From NCBI GenBank assembly GCA_037447605.1, contig CM074819.1, positions 496,001 through 560,000 of the forward strand: a DNA stretch of 64,000 nucleotides, in the 5' to 3' direction. Position 1 is the stretch's first letter; each line of letters begins with the position of its first letter. The translations under genes were made by a program, and so were the position numbers. The DNA is from Zygnema circumcarinatum SAG 698-1b (Eukaryota > Plantae > Zygnematophyceae). This document shows, in pieces, positions 1 to 11,473 of the stretch. The notes under the pieces were generated by a model. It was given only the letters and a program-made list of their open reading frames with translations. It was not told the origin of the DNA and did no database searches.

Positions 1-354
1 TTTCTGAGAAAACCACAAAAAGAAAGAAAGTGGCGAATGGTATGAACGACTGGGTTTTTGGGAAGTCAATTCTAAGCCCAATCTTCTTTATCCGTAAGAA
101 TCATAGGTTGAGGTTTAGGATAAGGGTTTGAGATATAAGGGTTAAGGTTATGGTTTAGGGTTCGGGTTGAGGATTAGGGTTTAGGGTTCAGGGTTGAGGG
201 TTTAAGGTTTAAGATATACGGTTTACGGTTTAATGTTAAAGGTTACGGTTCACGGTATAGGGTTAAGGGTTTCAGGTTTAGGGTTTCGGGTTTAGGGTGT
301 AGAGTGTAGGGTGTAGGGTTTAGGTTTTAAGGTTTAGAGAGCTTAGCGTTCAGG

Positions 355-600
355 CTTCAGGGTTGAGGGTTTAGCCTTCAGGGTTGAGGGTTTAGGGTTT
401 AGGGTTGAGGGTTTAGCCTTCAGGGTTGAGGGTTTAGCCTTCAGGGTTGAGGGTTTAGCCTTCAGGGTTGAGGGTTTAGCCTTCAGGGTTGAGGGTTTAG
501 CCTTCAGGGTTGAGGGTTTAGCCTTCAGGGTTGAGGGTTTAGCCTTCAGGGTTGAGGGTTTAGCCTTCAGGGTTGAGGGTTTAGCTTTCAGGGTTGTGGG
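355..600. repeat. 21-bp tandem repeat (AGGGTTTAGCCTTCAGGGTTG)n made of three telomere-like 7-mers, inside an IF-2 intron
   Basis: About 11 near-identical copies read directly, within a larger degenerate TTTAGGG tract (~110-620). Confidence 0.9.
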
Positions 601-629
601 TTTAGGGTTTAAGGTTGAGGGTTGCGCAC

Positions 630-3204
630 CTGCACGTCCCCCCCGACCTCCTCGAGCTCCACGCCGCGCTGCAGGAGCTGCTGGCGGACGCGGGGAGGGT
701 CGGCCTCGGGCTTGTCGCACTTGTTGATGGCCACCACTAGAGGGACGCCTGGGGGGGAGAGAGAGGGAGAGGAAGGGGGAGAGAGGGAGGGAGAGAGGGG
801 GAGAGGGAGGGGAGGGAGGGAGAGAGGGAGTGGGAGGTGGAGGGAGGGAGAGAGGGGGAGATGGAAGGGAGGGAGGGAGAGAGGGAGAGGGAGGGAAAGC
901 GAGGGAGAGAGGGGGAGTGGGAAGGGAGGGGAGGGAGGGAGAGAGGGGGAAAGAAGAAGAGGGAGGGAGGGAGGGAGGGAGGGAGGGAGGGAGAGAAGGG
1001 AGAGGGAGGGAGGGAGGGAGAGAGGGAGAGGGGGAGGGAGGAGGGAGAGGAGAGGGAGAGGGAGGGGGAGGGAAGGAGGGAGGGAGGGAGAGAGAGAGAG
1101 GGCGAGGGAGGGAAGGAGGGAGGGAGAGACAGAGAAAAAGAAAGAGAAACGTGTGAAACTAAATCGAAGCGAATAAAAGGGACTGGAAGGAGTTTGACGA
1201 GAAAATGGTGTCATCACTATCCATGCTTGAATCGCGGGATTTCTGTAACACCTCAAACCCCAAAACAAATTCCCCTTCCCCCCTGCTTGCCTCCCCCCCT
1301 TCCCCCCTGCTTCCCTTCACACCTCCTGCCCCCTCCCCCCCCTCCCCCTCTCAAACCCTCCCCCTCCTACACCCTGAGCCCTTGCCCTCGCCCCTGCCCC
1401 TGCCCTCTCCTTCTCCCCCTCTCCCCCGTCCCCCTCTCGGACCCTTCCCCCTCCTAGACCCCCCCCCCTCCCTCCCTGCCCCCCCTCTTCCCTTGGAGGC
1501 AGCCCTGCGCCCTGAGCCCTGAGGCGGTACCCACCCGCGTGGTGGGCGTGGCGGATGGCCTCCTCGGTCTGCGGCATGACCCCGTCGTCCGCGGCCACGA
1601 CATAACACGACCCGGCGTCCGCGACGCCCGCCCGGCAGCGCATGCCGCGAGCGGCGTGCCGAGGCGTGTCCAGGAGAATCGCGGCCCAGCCCGCACGCTG
1701 CTTGGCGCACCACGAACGCGCCGATGTGCTGCGCCGCCATCCGCGCATGCACATGGATGGGTGCATGCATGAACATACATGCATGGGTGGGTGGGTGGGT
1801 GGATGGATGGATGGATGGATGGATGGATGGATGGATGGATGGATGGCTGGATGGATGGATGGATGGATGGCTGGATGGATGGATGGATGGATGGATAGAT
1901 GGATGGATGGATGGGTGGATGGGTGGATGGATGGATACATACACTCATGTATTGCACATGCATGCACATACATGCTCGTCTTTCAATCTTCCCATCTCCC
2001 ACTGCACTTCACATATGAATTAAGCCTTCGCCTCTCAGCATCTCTCTCCCTCGCTCTCCCACTCCATCTCCCTCTCCCCGCCACCTCCCCCCTCCTTTCC
2101 CCTCCTCTCCCCTCTCCCTCACTCCCACTCTCTCTCCCTCTCACCTGTGTGATTCCTCCTGCCTCTCCGGCCGCCACAGATGTTGAACGCAGCGCGTCGA
2201 GAAGCGTCGTCTTTCCGTGATCCACGTGTCCCATTACGGCCACAACGGGCGCTCTATGCTCCCATTGGCCCTGTTCTCCGTTGCCGCTGCCAGCTGTCGC
2301 TTTCTGGCCCTTCAACTCCCGCCTTCGAACTCTTCTCACGGCCCTTCCAAACTCCTGGCCAGCCCAAACCCCAACTTTGGGGTTCAGGCTATACGAATAA
2401 GGGTTTACGTTTCAGGGTTCAGGGCCTCCACTTCAATCTTCAAGCTCTAAAATTCAGGGTTCAGGGTTTAATCTTCACCAGCGCGACGAGCTCCGCCGCA
2501 TCCGCTGCCACGTAAGCATCCGGAGAGCCCGCCGCCTCCCCGACAGCTGTCAGCGCCGCCGCAACCGCCGGCAGCTTCTCCCCCAGCAGCGCTGCCAGCT
2601 GGCGTGCGGTGAGGGCCTCGGGGAGCTCCACCTCCCTGACACGTGGCAGCGCCACAGCCGCCATGTCCGGCACGTACTTGACCTCCATTGGCGCCGTACG
2701 GGCCTCTGCCGCCCGGCGCCGCCTCCCCCCCTCGCTGCCGCCAGAGGGCGCCGCCACACGCTTCCGGGGACTCGCGTAGTGCCTTGGAAACCCTAAAATG
2801 GCTCTGAACCCTAATTCTTCGGAAAACCCTAGGGTGCTTCTGGAGGCGACATGGGTACGGAAGCCTAGAGTCTGAGGAAACCCTAAAATTTGAGGAAAGC
2901 TTGAAGTTTGAGGAAGTTGTAATTGGGCAAACCCTAACGCTTTTGGGAGTGGGTCTAATGAAGGAGGATGTTCTGCATTGGATTGAAATTTTACTAAGTA
3001 AGGTGATGAGTCCATGGGGTTTTCGACTGCTTCTGAGATCTCTCCGGGGGGGGAGTCAGCGGCAGAGGTTCCATGGTGACAGTTGAGGAGGATTGTTACG
3101 GGGAACGGAACGGAACGGAGTTCAGGGAGCATGTGAAGGGTGGCGAGGGGGGTTCCATGGAGTAGCTTTCGGAGGTTGGCTGTGGCCACCCTCCTGGCAG
3201 CCAT
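630..3204 (-). CDS. MTIF2: Translation initiation factor IF-2, mitochondrial-type (first 4 exons; gene continues left of the window)
   Basis: Exons 3204-2479, 2354-2145, 1728-1535, 748-630, all GT-AG. Spliced peptide has an N-terminal transit-like segment, IF2_N ([12 protein letters not shown]...AELVALEFG), P-loop [36 protein letters not shown] and [10 protein letters not shown]. Exon 3 is 194 nt, 1 nt off the required phase, and its DTPGH motif is corrupted (see findings). Confidence 0.9.
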
Positions 3205-3318
3205 GGCCGGGGAGAGGGGTCCAGGGCGTTTAGGGTTTATCAGATTTTTCAGGTTGAAGGGTTTTGGAGGGTGTGAGGGTTTGAGGGTTTTTGAAGGACC
3301 ACGGAGTGATGGACTGCG

Positions 3319-3390
<72 letters not shown>

Positions 3391-3867
3391 TCTTCTGGAG
3401 GTGCCACGTGGCAGGGACGAGTGAAGATTCCTCTGCCGTGCGGGGGCGGGGCCGAAAAATTGGGGGCGACCAATTGAAGTGGTTTCCATGTGCGCGTTAC
3501 TGTTACAGTCACGTTCACTAAAAAACGACCGGGCGTTTATACAACATATAACGTACCTCCAGTTCAAAAGCCCGTTTAACAATGCCCGTTTAACGCGAAG
3601 AACCGCATGGATAGGCGAGACACCTTGGCAAAAATCTTCGGCTCGATTTTTTTGTTGCTCGAGTCAACGTTGGCTCGCTTCGTTTCCGTACAGACGTGGC
3701 GTTTCCCATTGGTGCGGTACTGGGCGAAGTCAACTGAGTCAACTCGTGGCTCGCCGGCCCGAGCCTGTGAGCCAACTTGGAGCCACAGTTTTTCTGGAGC
3801 AAATTTCGTGTCAAAACTTAGCCTCAACCACACGGTACGGCAGTTGAGCTGAGGCAGTCTTTTTCTC

Positions 3868-3916
<49 letters not shown>

Positions 3917-4587
3917 CGTCCCTCCCTTTCTCTCTCTCTCTCTCTTGCTCTCCCCCTCTTCCCACTTTTGAGTGTTTCCCGGAAGTGTTGAATGGCCAGA
4001 CGAGGGAGGCGGCCATGGACGAGTGCTGGACGGCCGCATTGAGCGGCGCTGCGAGCGACAGAAAAACTGAAATGGTGAATGTCTGCCTTCAACTTCTGGG
4101 AGAGGGAGTGAGCGGGGGAGAGGGAGAGTTGGGGAGGGGGAGAGGGAGAGGGAGAGGGAGAGAGAGGAGAGGGAGTGGGAGAGGGAGAGGAGAGGGAGAG
4201 GGAGCGAGGGAGAGGGAGAGGGAGATATGGGAAGAGGGAGAGGGAGAGGGAGAGAGAGGGAGAGGGAGAGGTGGAGAGGACGAGGGAGAGGGAGAGGGGG
4301 AGAGGAATAGGGAGAGAGAGGTGGAGAGGGAGAGAGGGAGTGAGAGAGTGAGAGAGAGTAGGAGAGAATATCGGCCATTTGGAAAGGGTTATGAAATTTC
4401 GTTTTTCTCTCTTTTGTCCCCTTTTTTCCTCTTTTAGGATTTCATCTTATGACTGAGCGCACATTAAAGGACGGCTTAACGGAGTTGGCGTTGTGTACCT
4501 CAACACTTTCAAGGCCTTCATTTGGGTAAAAGTCCGTTCAATTTGCGCACCCGGACAGCCGCAAATTTTCTGTTGACGCAGTTCGAC

Positions 4588-5239
4588 ATGGAGGTGAATT
4601 ATGAGGTGAGCTGAAACCTCCGGTAGGGAGAGATAATGGGCATTCAGCAAAATGGCAATTGCATTGTAAAGTGGGAGTTGAAAGTGAGCGAGTGGGAGAT
4701 GGAGAGAGAGAGGGAGGGAAGTAAGGAGGAGGGAGAGGGGGTCAGCGAGAGAGAATGAAATGGGAGGGAGAGGTATAGCGAGGGAAAGGGGAGGGAGGTC
4801 GGGAGAGAAAAGGGATGGAGAGAGGAGGACGGAAAGAGAGAGGAAAAGAGCAGAAGGGAGAGAGAGAAGGGGGGAAGTGAGTGCGTTGAAATAGAGGGGT
4901 AGAGAGGGATGTGGGGTGGAGGAGACATATCATGTGTTTTTGAAGAAGTGCAAAGCGTATGTATGCGTATGGGTGTGAATGACAGAGAGAGAGAGAGACA
5001 GAGAGAAGAGGGTAGGGGTATCTCGCAGAGAGCTATCCCTTACCAGCCCAAAGCCAGCTCTGGAAACGCACTCGCTCAACCAACCCTTGAACTATACAAT
5101 TTTAGTAAAACACGCCTTAAATGAAAACGACAAAGAAATCAACTCACAGACTGCTGAATCGAACAAAACACATCCACGTTGACACTTTATTAATTCTAAT
5201 TCCTTTTCTTTCCTTTTTGCTGCATTTCCCCCGTCTCTC

Positions 5240-5313
<74 letters not shown>

Positions 5314-6167
5314 TCTCTCTCTCGCGCTCTCTCTCGCTGCAGGTGCAGGAAGCCAAGGCGGCGGCTGCCCACGCCCTCTCCCACTACTCCGTCCTCGCAA
5401 TGGCGGCGGCGGCCGAGGGGAAGTCCACCGCCCAAATGCGCCTCCGCCTCATGATGGCAGGGCCCGCCCCCTGCACCCCTGCTAGTTTAGGGTGAGGGGT
5501 TAGGGTTAGGGTTAGGGTTAGGGTTAGGGTTAGGGTTAGGGTGAGGGTGAGGGCTCTTTCCTCCTCTTTTTCTGGTGAACAGGAGATTTCCGGAATTCCC
5601 TCCTCTCCTGAAACTTCTTTCGAGTTTTTTCCCTCCGTCCTTCTCTCTCCCCTTCCCATTCGGCCCCCAGTTGTTCCTGAACCCCGGGAGACCCTGCTCT
5701 CCCATAGTAACGCTTCCCCGGGGGAGAGAGGAGGGGTTCAGGAGAGGGAGGGAGGAGAGCCCACTACTGCAGAGGAGGGCTTTGCTATGGAGGTAGAGAG
5801 GGAGGGGGAGAGATGGGTAGAGTGGGAGGGCGAGCGACCAGGAGAGGGAGAGGGAGAGGGAGAGGCCGGGAGAGGGGGAGAGGGGGGGGGTGAAGATGGG
5901 GAGGGCGAGAGGGAGCAAAAGATGTGGAAGGCGGAGGTAGAGGAGCGAGAGGACCGGGAGATGGAGAGGGAGGGAGAGGGAGAGGGAGAGGGAGAGGGAG
6001 AGGGAGAGGGAGAGGAAGGGCACGAAGAGAATGAGGAAAGATTGCTTCTGGATGGGTTGAGGACTTTCAGGAGGGGAGTGAATGAGATATGGGAAATTTC
6101 GTCGTCTAGCGGCAGTGAGGAGGGGGAGGGGGAGGGAGAGGGAGAGGGGGCGATGCATATGATGTGA
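4588..6167 (+). CDS. Hypothetical protein, multi-exon, model uncertain
   Basis: Strong splice sites at 4605/4606 (GAG|GTGAGC) and 5342/5343 (ctgcag|GTG) join MEVNYE to VQEAKAAAAHALSHYSVLAMAAAAEGKSTAQMRLRLMM. A probable acidic last exon lies at ~5582-6167, but its joining phase is unresolved. No domain recognised. Confidence 0.35.
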
Positions 6168-6429
6168 GGGGGAAGGAAGTGGGGTGTCGGTTTTAGGGTT
6201 TAGAGAGCTTTTGAGTTTGGGGTTTTTGGGGAAGTTTCATGTGGTAGGGTTGTCAGTGTGTCATACTTTTAGGATTTTAGGCCCACCCAGAATTTTTTGT
6301 GCTTACAATGGATCTGTGTATATATGAGACGTGCTTATTCTCCTTCACTGTGTGTTGGCTTCCTTTTATGTTTTATGTTTCATGTTCCATTGGTTAAACT
6401 CGAACTTCTCGAAACTTTGGGCTTAGGGT

Positions 6430-8946
6430 TTAGAACCTAGGGCCTAGTGTCTAGGGCATAAAGCCTAGTGTCTAATGCCTAGGACCTAAAGCCTAGAGCC
6501 TGGAGCCTAGAGTCGAGAGCGTAGAGCCTAGAGTATAGAGTCTAGAGCCTAGAGCCTAGAGCCTGGAGCCTAGAGCCTGGAGCCTAGAGCCTAGAACCTA
6601 GAGCCTAGAGCCTAGAGCCTAGAGCCTAGAGCCTAGAGCCTAGAGCCTAGAGCCTAGAGCCTAGAGCCTAGAGCCTAGAGCCTGGAGCCTGGAGCCTAGA
6701 GCCTAGAGCCTAGAGCCTAGAGCCTAGAGCCTGGAGCCTAGAGCCTAGAGCCTAGAGCCTAGAGCCTAGAGCCTAGAACCTGGAGTCTGGAGCCTAGAGC
6801 CTGGAGTCTGGAGCCTAGAACCTAGAGCCTAGAGCCTAGAGCCTAGAGCCTGGAGTCTGGAGCCTAGAACCTAGAGCCTAGAGCCTAGAGCCTAGAGCCT
6901 AGAACCTGGAGTCTGGAGCCTAGAACCTGAAATCTGAAAATCTGGAACCTAAAACCTAAAAATATAAACCTAAAAATATAAAAATACTAAAAATATAAAC
7001 CTAAAAATATAAACCTAAAAATATAAAAATACTAAAAATATAAACCTAAAACCTGGAGCCTGGAGTCTGGAGCCTGGAACCTGGGTCTGGAGCCTGGAAC
7101 CTGGAGCCTAGAACCTAGAGACCTAAAACCTGAAATCTGAAAATCTGGAACCTAAAACCTAAAAATATAAACCTAAAACCTAAAAATATAAACCTAAAAC
7201 CTGAAATCTGAAAATCTGGAACCTAAAACCTAAAAATATAAACCTAAAAATATAAACCTAAAACCTGAAATCTGAAAATCTGGAACCTAGAGCCTAGAGC
7301 CTGGAGTCTGGAGCCTAGAACCTAGAGCCTGGAGCCTAGAACCTAAAATCTAAAACCTAAAACCTGAAATCTGAAACCAAAAGTGTAAATCTCAAAAATA
7401 CTAAAAATATAAAAATATGAAATATGAAAATCTAAAACCTAAAACCTAAAGCCTAAAGCCTGGAGCCTAAAGCCTAGAGCCTAAAGCCTGGAGCCTGGAG
7501 CCTAGAACCTAAAATCTAAAACCTAAAAATATAAAAATAAATACTAAAAATATAAACCTAAAAATATAAACCTAAAACCTGAAATCTGAAAATCTGGAAC
7601 CTAAAACCTAAAAATATAAACCTAAAACCTGGAGCCTGAAATCTGAAACCTAAAATACTAAAAATATAAACCTAAAAATATAAACCTAAAACCTGAAATC
7701 TGAAAATATAAACCTCAAAATATGAAAATCTAAAACCTAAAACCTAAAAATATAAACCTAAAAATATAAACCTAAAACCTGAAATCTGAAAATCTGGAAC
7801 CTAAAACCTAAAAATATAAACCTAAAAATATAAACCTAAAAATATAAAAATATGAAATATGAGATCTGGAACCTAGAGCCTGGAGTCTGGAGCCTAGAGC
7901 CTGGAGCCTGGAGCCTAGAGCCTAGCCTAGCCTAGAGCCTAGAGCCTAGAGCCTAGAGCCTGGAGCCTGGAGCCTAGAGCCTGGAGCCTAGAACCTAGAG
8001 CCTAGAGCCTAGAGCCTAGAGCCTAGAGCCTGGAGCCTAGAACCTAGAGCCTAGAGCCTAGAGCCTAGAGCCTAGAGCCTAGAGCCTAGAGCCTAGAACC
8101 TGGAGTCTGGAGCCTAGAGCCTAGAGCCTAGAGCCTAGAGCCTAGAGCCTGGAGTCTGGAGCCTAGAACCTAGAGCCTAGAGCCTAGAGCCTAGAGCCTA
8201 GAGCCTAGAGCCTGGAGTCTGGAGCCTAGAACCTAGAGCCTAGAGCCTAGAGCCTGGAGTCTGGAGCCTAGAACCTAAAACTGGAACCTCGAACCTGGAG
8301 CCTAGAGACTTGAGCCTAGATCCTGGAGTCTGGAGCCTCGAACCCAGCGCCTAGAACCTAGAGCTGAAAATCTAGAGCCTGGAGCCTAGAGAACCTAGAG
8401 CCTAGAGCCTAGAGCCTGGAGTCTGGAGCCTAGAACCTAGAGCCTAGAGCCTAGAGCCTAGAGCCTGGAGTCTGGAGCCTAGAACCTAGAGCCTAGAGCC
8501 TAGAGCCTAGAGCCTAGAGCCTGGAGCCTGGAGCCTAGACCTAAAATCTAAAACCTAAAACCTGAAATCTGAAAATCTGGAACCTAAAACCTAAAAATAT
8601 AAACCTAAAACCTAAAAATATAAACCTAAAACCTAAAAATATAAAAATACTAAAAATATAAACCTAAAAATATAAACCTAAAAATATAAACCTAAAAATA
8701 TAAACCTAAAAATATAAAAATACTAAAAATATAAAAATACTAAAAATATAAACCTAAAACCTGAAATCTGAAAATCTGGAACCTAAAACCTAAAAATATA
8801 AAAATACTAAAAATATAAACCTAAAAATATAAACCTAAAACCTGGAGCCTAGAACCTAGAGCCTAGAGCCTAGAGCCTGGAGTCTGGAGCCTAGAACCTA
8901 GAGCCTAGAGCCTAGAGCCTAGAGCCTAGAGCCTAGAACCTAGAGC
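6430..8946. repeat. Composite 7-bp-period satellite, (CCTAGAG/CCTGGAG)n blocks alternating with (CCTAAAA/AAATATAAA)n blocks
   Basis: Directly visible 2.5-kb array. The unit CTGAAATCTGAAAATCTGGAACCT recurs 8 times, and the ORF track has no ORF across the array. Confidence 0.95.
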
Positions 8947-9166
8947 CAGCGTAGACCTTAGGCTGATTCCACTTGGAACCCACAGTCCCAGATATTGAGC
9001 TCACATACGTCAAAACGAACCCTGACTCTTAACCCCTAAACCCTAAAACCAAATCGCAAACCCCAAACCCTAAAACCGTTCAAAAAACAAGGAACGCACT
9101 AATAGGGCGTGTCAGACTTAACAAAATGTCTAGCAATTATTTCTCGAATTTAAACAAAAAAAAAAA

Positions 9167-9818
9167 GGAGAATGATACTGCACCACCCTATTTCGGACAC
9201 CCTACCCCCTTTTCGAAAATTTTGCCCTACCGTTTTGGTTATCCCCCCCCCCTGTTTTCTCCTTTTCACTACTGACTTCCAACATTGTCCAACAAAAGAA
9301 AAGGGGATTTGCATTGATCTCACGATGGTGAGGCCGTCAAATGAACATGGACGAAGTCAGCATGGGGAACCACGAGGAGTTCCTCCTGGTCGCAAAGGAC
9401 TTAAGCACAAAATAAAAAAACTAGGAGCATAAAACTAAAAGAAAAAAAAACTAAGCTAAACTATGCCTAAGCGCAAAAACGCAGAAGCGTTGCAGGTGGA
9501 GGCGGCGGTTCTCGTTATGCGTGCCGATCTTGATGTGAACTCCTTCCTGCTTGCAGTGCTCGGTCATGACTTGTACAAGCTCATCGCGGGTCTCATACTC
9601 AGTTGGTAGCATTTCTGTGGACATTGCAAACCGAGAAGAGGAAAGAAGAGGAGGGGAGGGGGGGGGGAGAGGATATCTCCTCCCGAAATATCCAAAACAG
9701 GGGGGGGATATCCAAAACGTGAAATATCCAAAATAGGGGGCGGGATAACCAAAATGGGAGGGCAACATTTTCAAAAGGGGATAGGTTATCCAAAGTGGGG
9801 GGTGCAATATCATTCTCC
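9167..9818. mobile_element. Non-autonomous TIR element (Mutator-like), 652 bp
   Basis: Imperfect ~80-bp terminal inverted repeats: GGAGAATGATACTGCACC... at 9167 versus ...GGTGCAATATCATTCTCC ending at 9818. Flanks are A-rich, so the TSD is ambiguous. Confidence 0.65.
9311..9480 (-). mobile_element. Diverged 3' end of the REL-type non-LTR retrotransposon family, nested in the TIR element
   Basis: Reverse complement matches 26180-26270 (GTCCTTTGCGACCAG...CTCGTGGTTCC...GTCCATG...CATTTGACGGCCTCACCATCGTGAG.TCAATG). Confidence 0.7.
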
Positions 9819-10036
9819 AAAAAGAAGTGGTTCTGGAATTCTATGTAATGAATCTCTGAAGGGCATGGAAAGCCATCCGTCAAACAGCCGCAGTAGTTCA
9901 ACTGTAACTGTAACTGTGAACCAACATATAAGGGCTACAAAATTTTGTAGACCGTAAAAGGACTGTATTTTTTATTTTTTTTTGTGTCGTGGTAAGTTCG
10001 CCCGTGCGAAGCGGCCCTTCGGGTCAGGGAAAAGGC

Positions 10037-10383
10037 CACGTGGCGGTCCGTCGTTCGGTCATTCGTTCAGGCGTTCAACCTGGACGGTCAGTTCGCTCCG
10101 TTTCTGTACCCGCTCGAAAAAATTACAATCTTGGTCCATTTTCCTAAACCGCGCGCTCGTTTACATTTCCCGCGCTTTAAATCCAAAGTGGCAAACATAC
10201 ATCGCAGAAAACGACAAAGAATGTCCACGTGGAAACTTCCCATGGTCACTACACATTCTTGACACGTGACAAGTCGGATGGTTCACAGCCTCGGCCACGT
10301 GGCATACATTCATTGGATAAAAAGGAATTGTTTGACACGTGGCGGTATGTAAGTGATTAAGAGAGATTGACCAATGACACGTG
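10037..10383. promoter_or_regulatory. Cluster of six G-box (CACGTG) motifs upstream of the COBRA-like gene
   Basis: CACGTG at 10037, 10226, 10263, 10296, 10336 and 10378, about 0.3-0.6 kb upstream of the ATG at 10667. Function is inferred. Confidence 0.45.
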
Positions 10384-10666
10384 ACGGAACGTGATTCGAC
10401 GACCCAACCGGTCGTTTTCTGGGACCGGCGGATCCTTAACGCGAGGCCGGCCAAGAATTTTGAAGCCTTAAGCCGCCGGTCCTTGCAGAAAGGGAGCGGA
10501 CCGGGCTGAACCCTGCAAGGAGAGTCCCGGGAGCCTCCTCTGGCGCTGATCGGAACCCTAAAAATAGAAAAAGGAGGGGGAATCTGCAACAGCTTATCTG
10601 AATTCTTCATCATATTTTCTGTGCATCATTTATTAAGAAATTTCAGTTTAATTATCTAATAGAAAA

Positions 10667-11346
10667 ATGCGTAGAAGATCGCCAGCGGTGGGTCCCTGCA
10701 GCCCGGGAATCTTCACCATCACATTATTTGTTATATTTCGCAGAATTAGCGCTGCTTCCTTGGAAGGTGGGTTCTCCGGTTCGCCTGCATCATCTATGTG
10801 ACGTCAAAATTTCACTTTCACTTTCATGTTTTTTCTTCCCTTCGAAAGAAATTCCTACAAACCTTACCTCCCATGTACCTCTTCAGGTCCCTAAAAACCC
10901 AAACCCCAAATCCTAAAAACCAAAACACTAACTTTTTTAACTCCCCAGAAAGCAAAAAGCCACCCTGAACCCTCAAATCCCCAAACCTAATGTTCTCCAC
11001 GTTGACCCTGAACCTTTCCTTCTCTCGCCTGTTCCTCCTCTTCTTTTCAAGCCCAGGGGCCCTTAATTCGAGTTCAAATGCTGCTCTCCCTCCCCCTTCC
11101 ACTCCCCCTCCCTCTCTCCCTCCCTTTCGCCCTCCCTCCCTCCCTCCCTCTCGCCCTCCCTCCCTCTCTCCCTCTCTCTCTCCTTCCCTCCCCACCTTCC
11201 CTTTCCCTCCCCTCCCCGTGTGCGACGGAGTGGAGCTGCGTTACAAATTAGCACCACTGATCGTCATCCCCTCCAATTCAATAGAGGCGGCTGCGCCCTT
11301 TGGCTTCCGGGCGGATGTTGTTATTAATAATACCGGCTCTCGGTGA

Positions 11347-11413
<67 letters not shown>

Positions 11414-11423
11414 NNNNNNNNNN

Positions 11424-11473
<50 letters not shown>

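Noticed and set aside
4438-4525. Selenocysteine read-through at the in-frame TGA in ISSYD*AHIKGR
   Set aside because: There is no redox CxxU-type context and I could not identify a SECIS. A 5' leader or an alternative acceptor explains it more simply.
10422-10520. Two adjacent hairpins (10-bp and 8-bp stems) as an H/ACA snoRNA or other structured RNA
   Set aside because: The stems abut with no ANANNA hinge or ACA tail, and short GC-rich stems are expected by chance.
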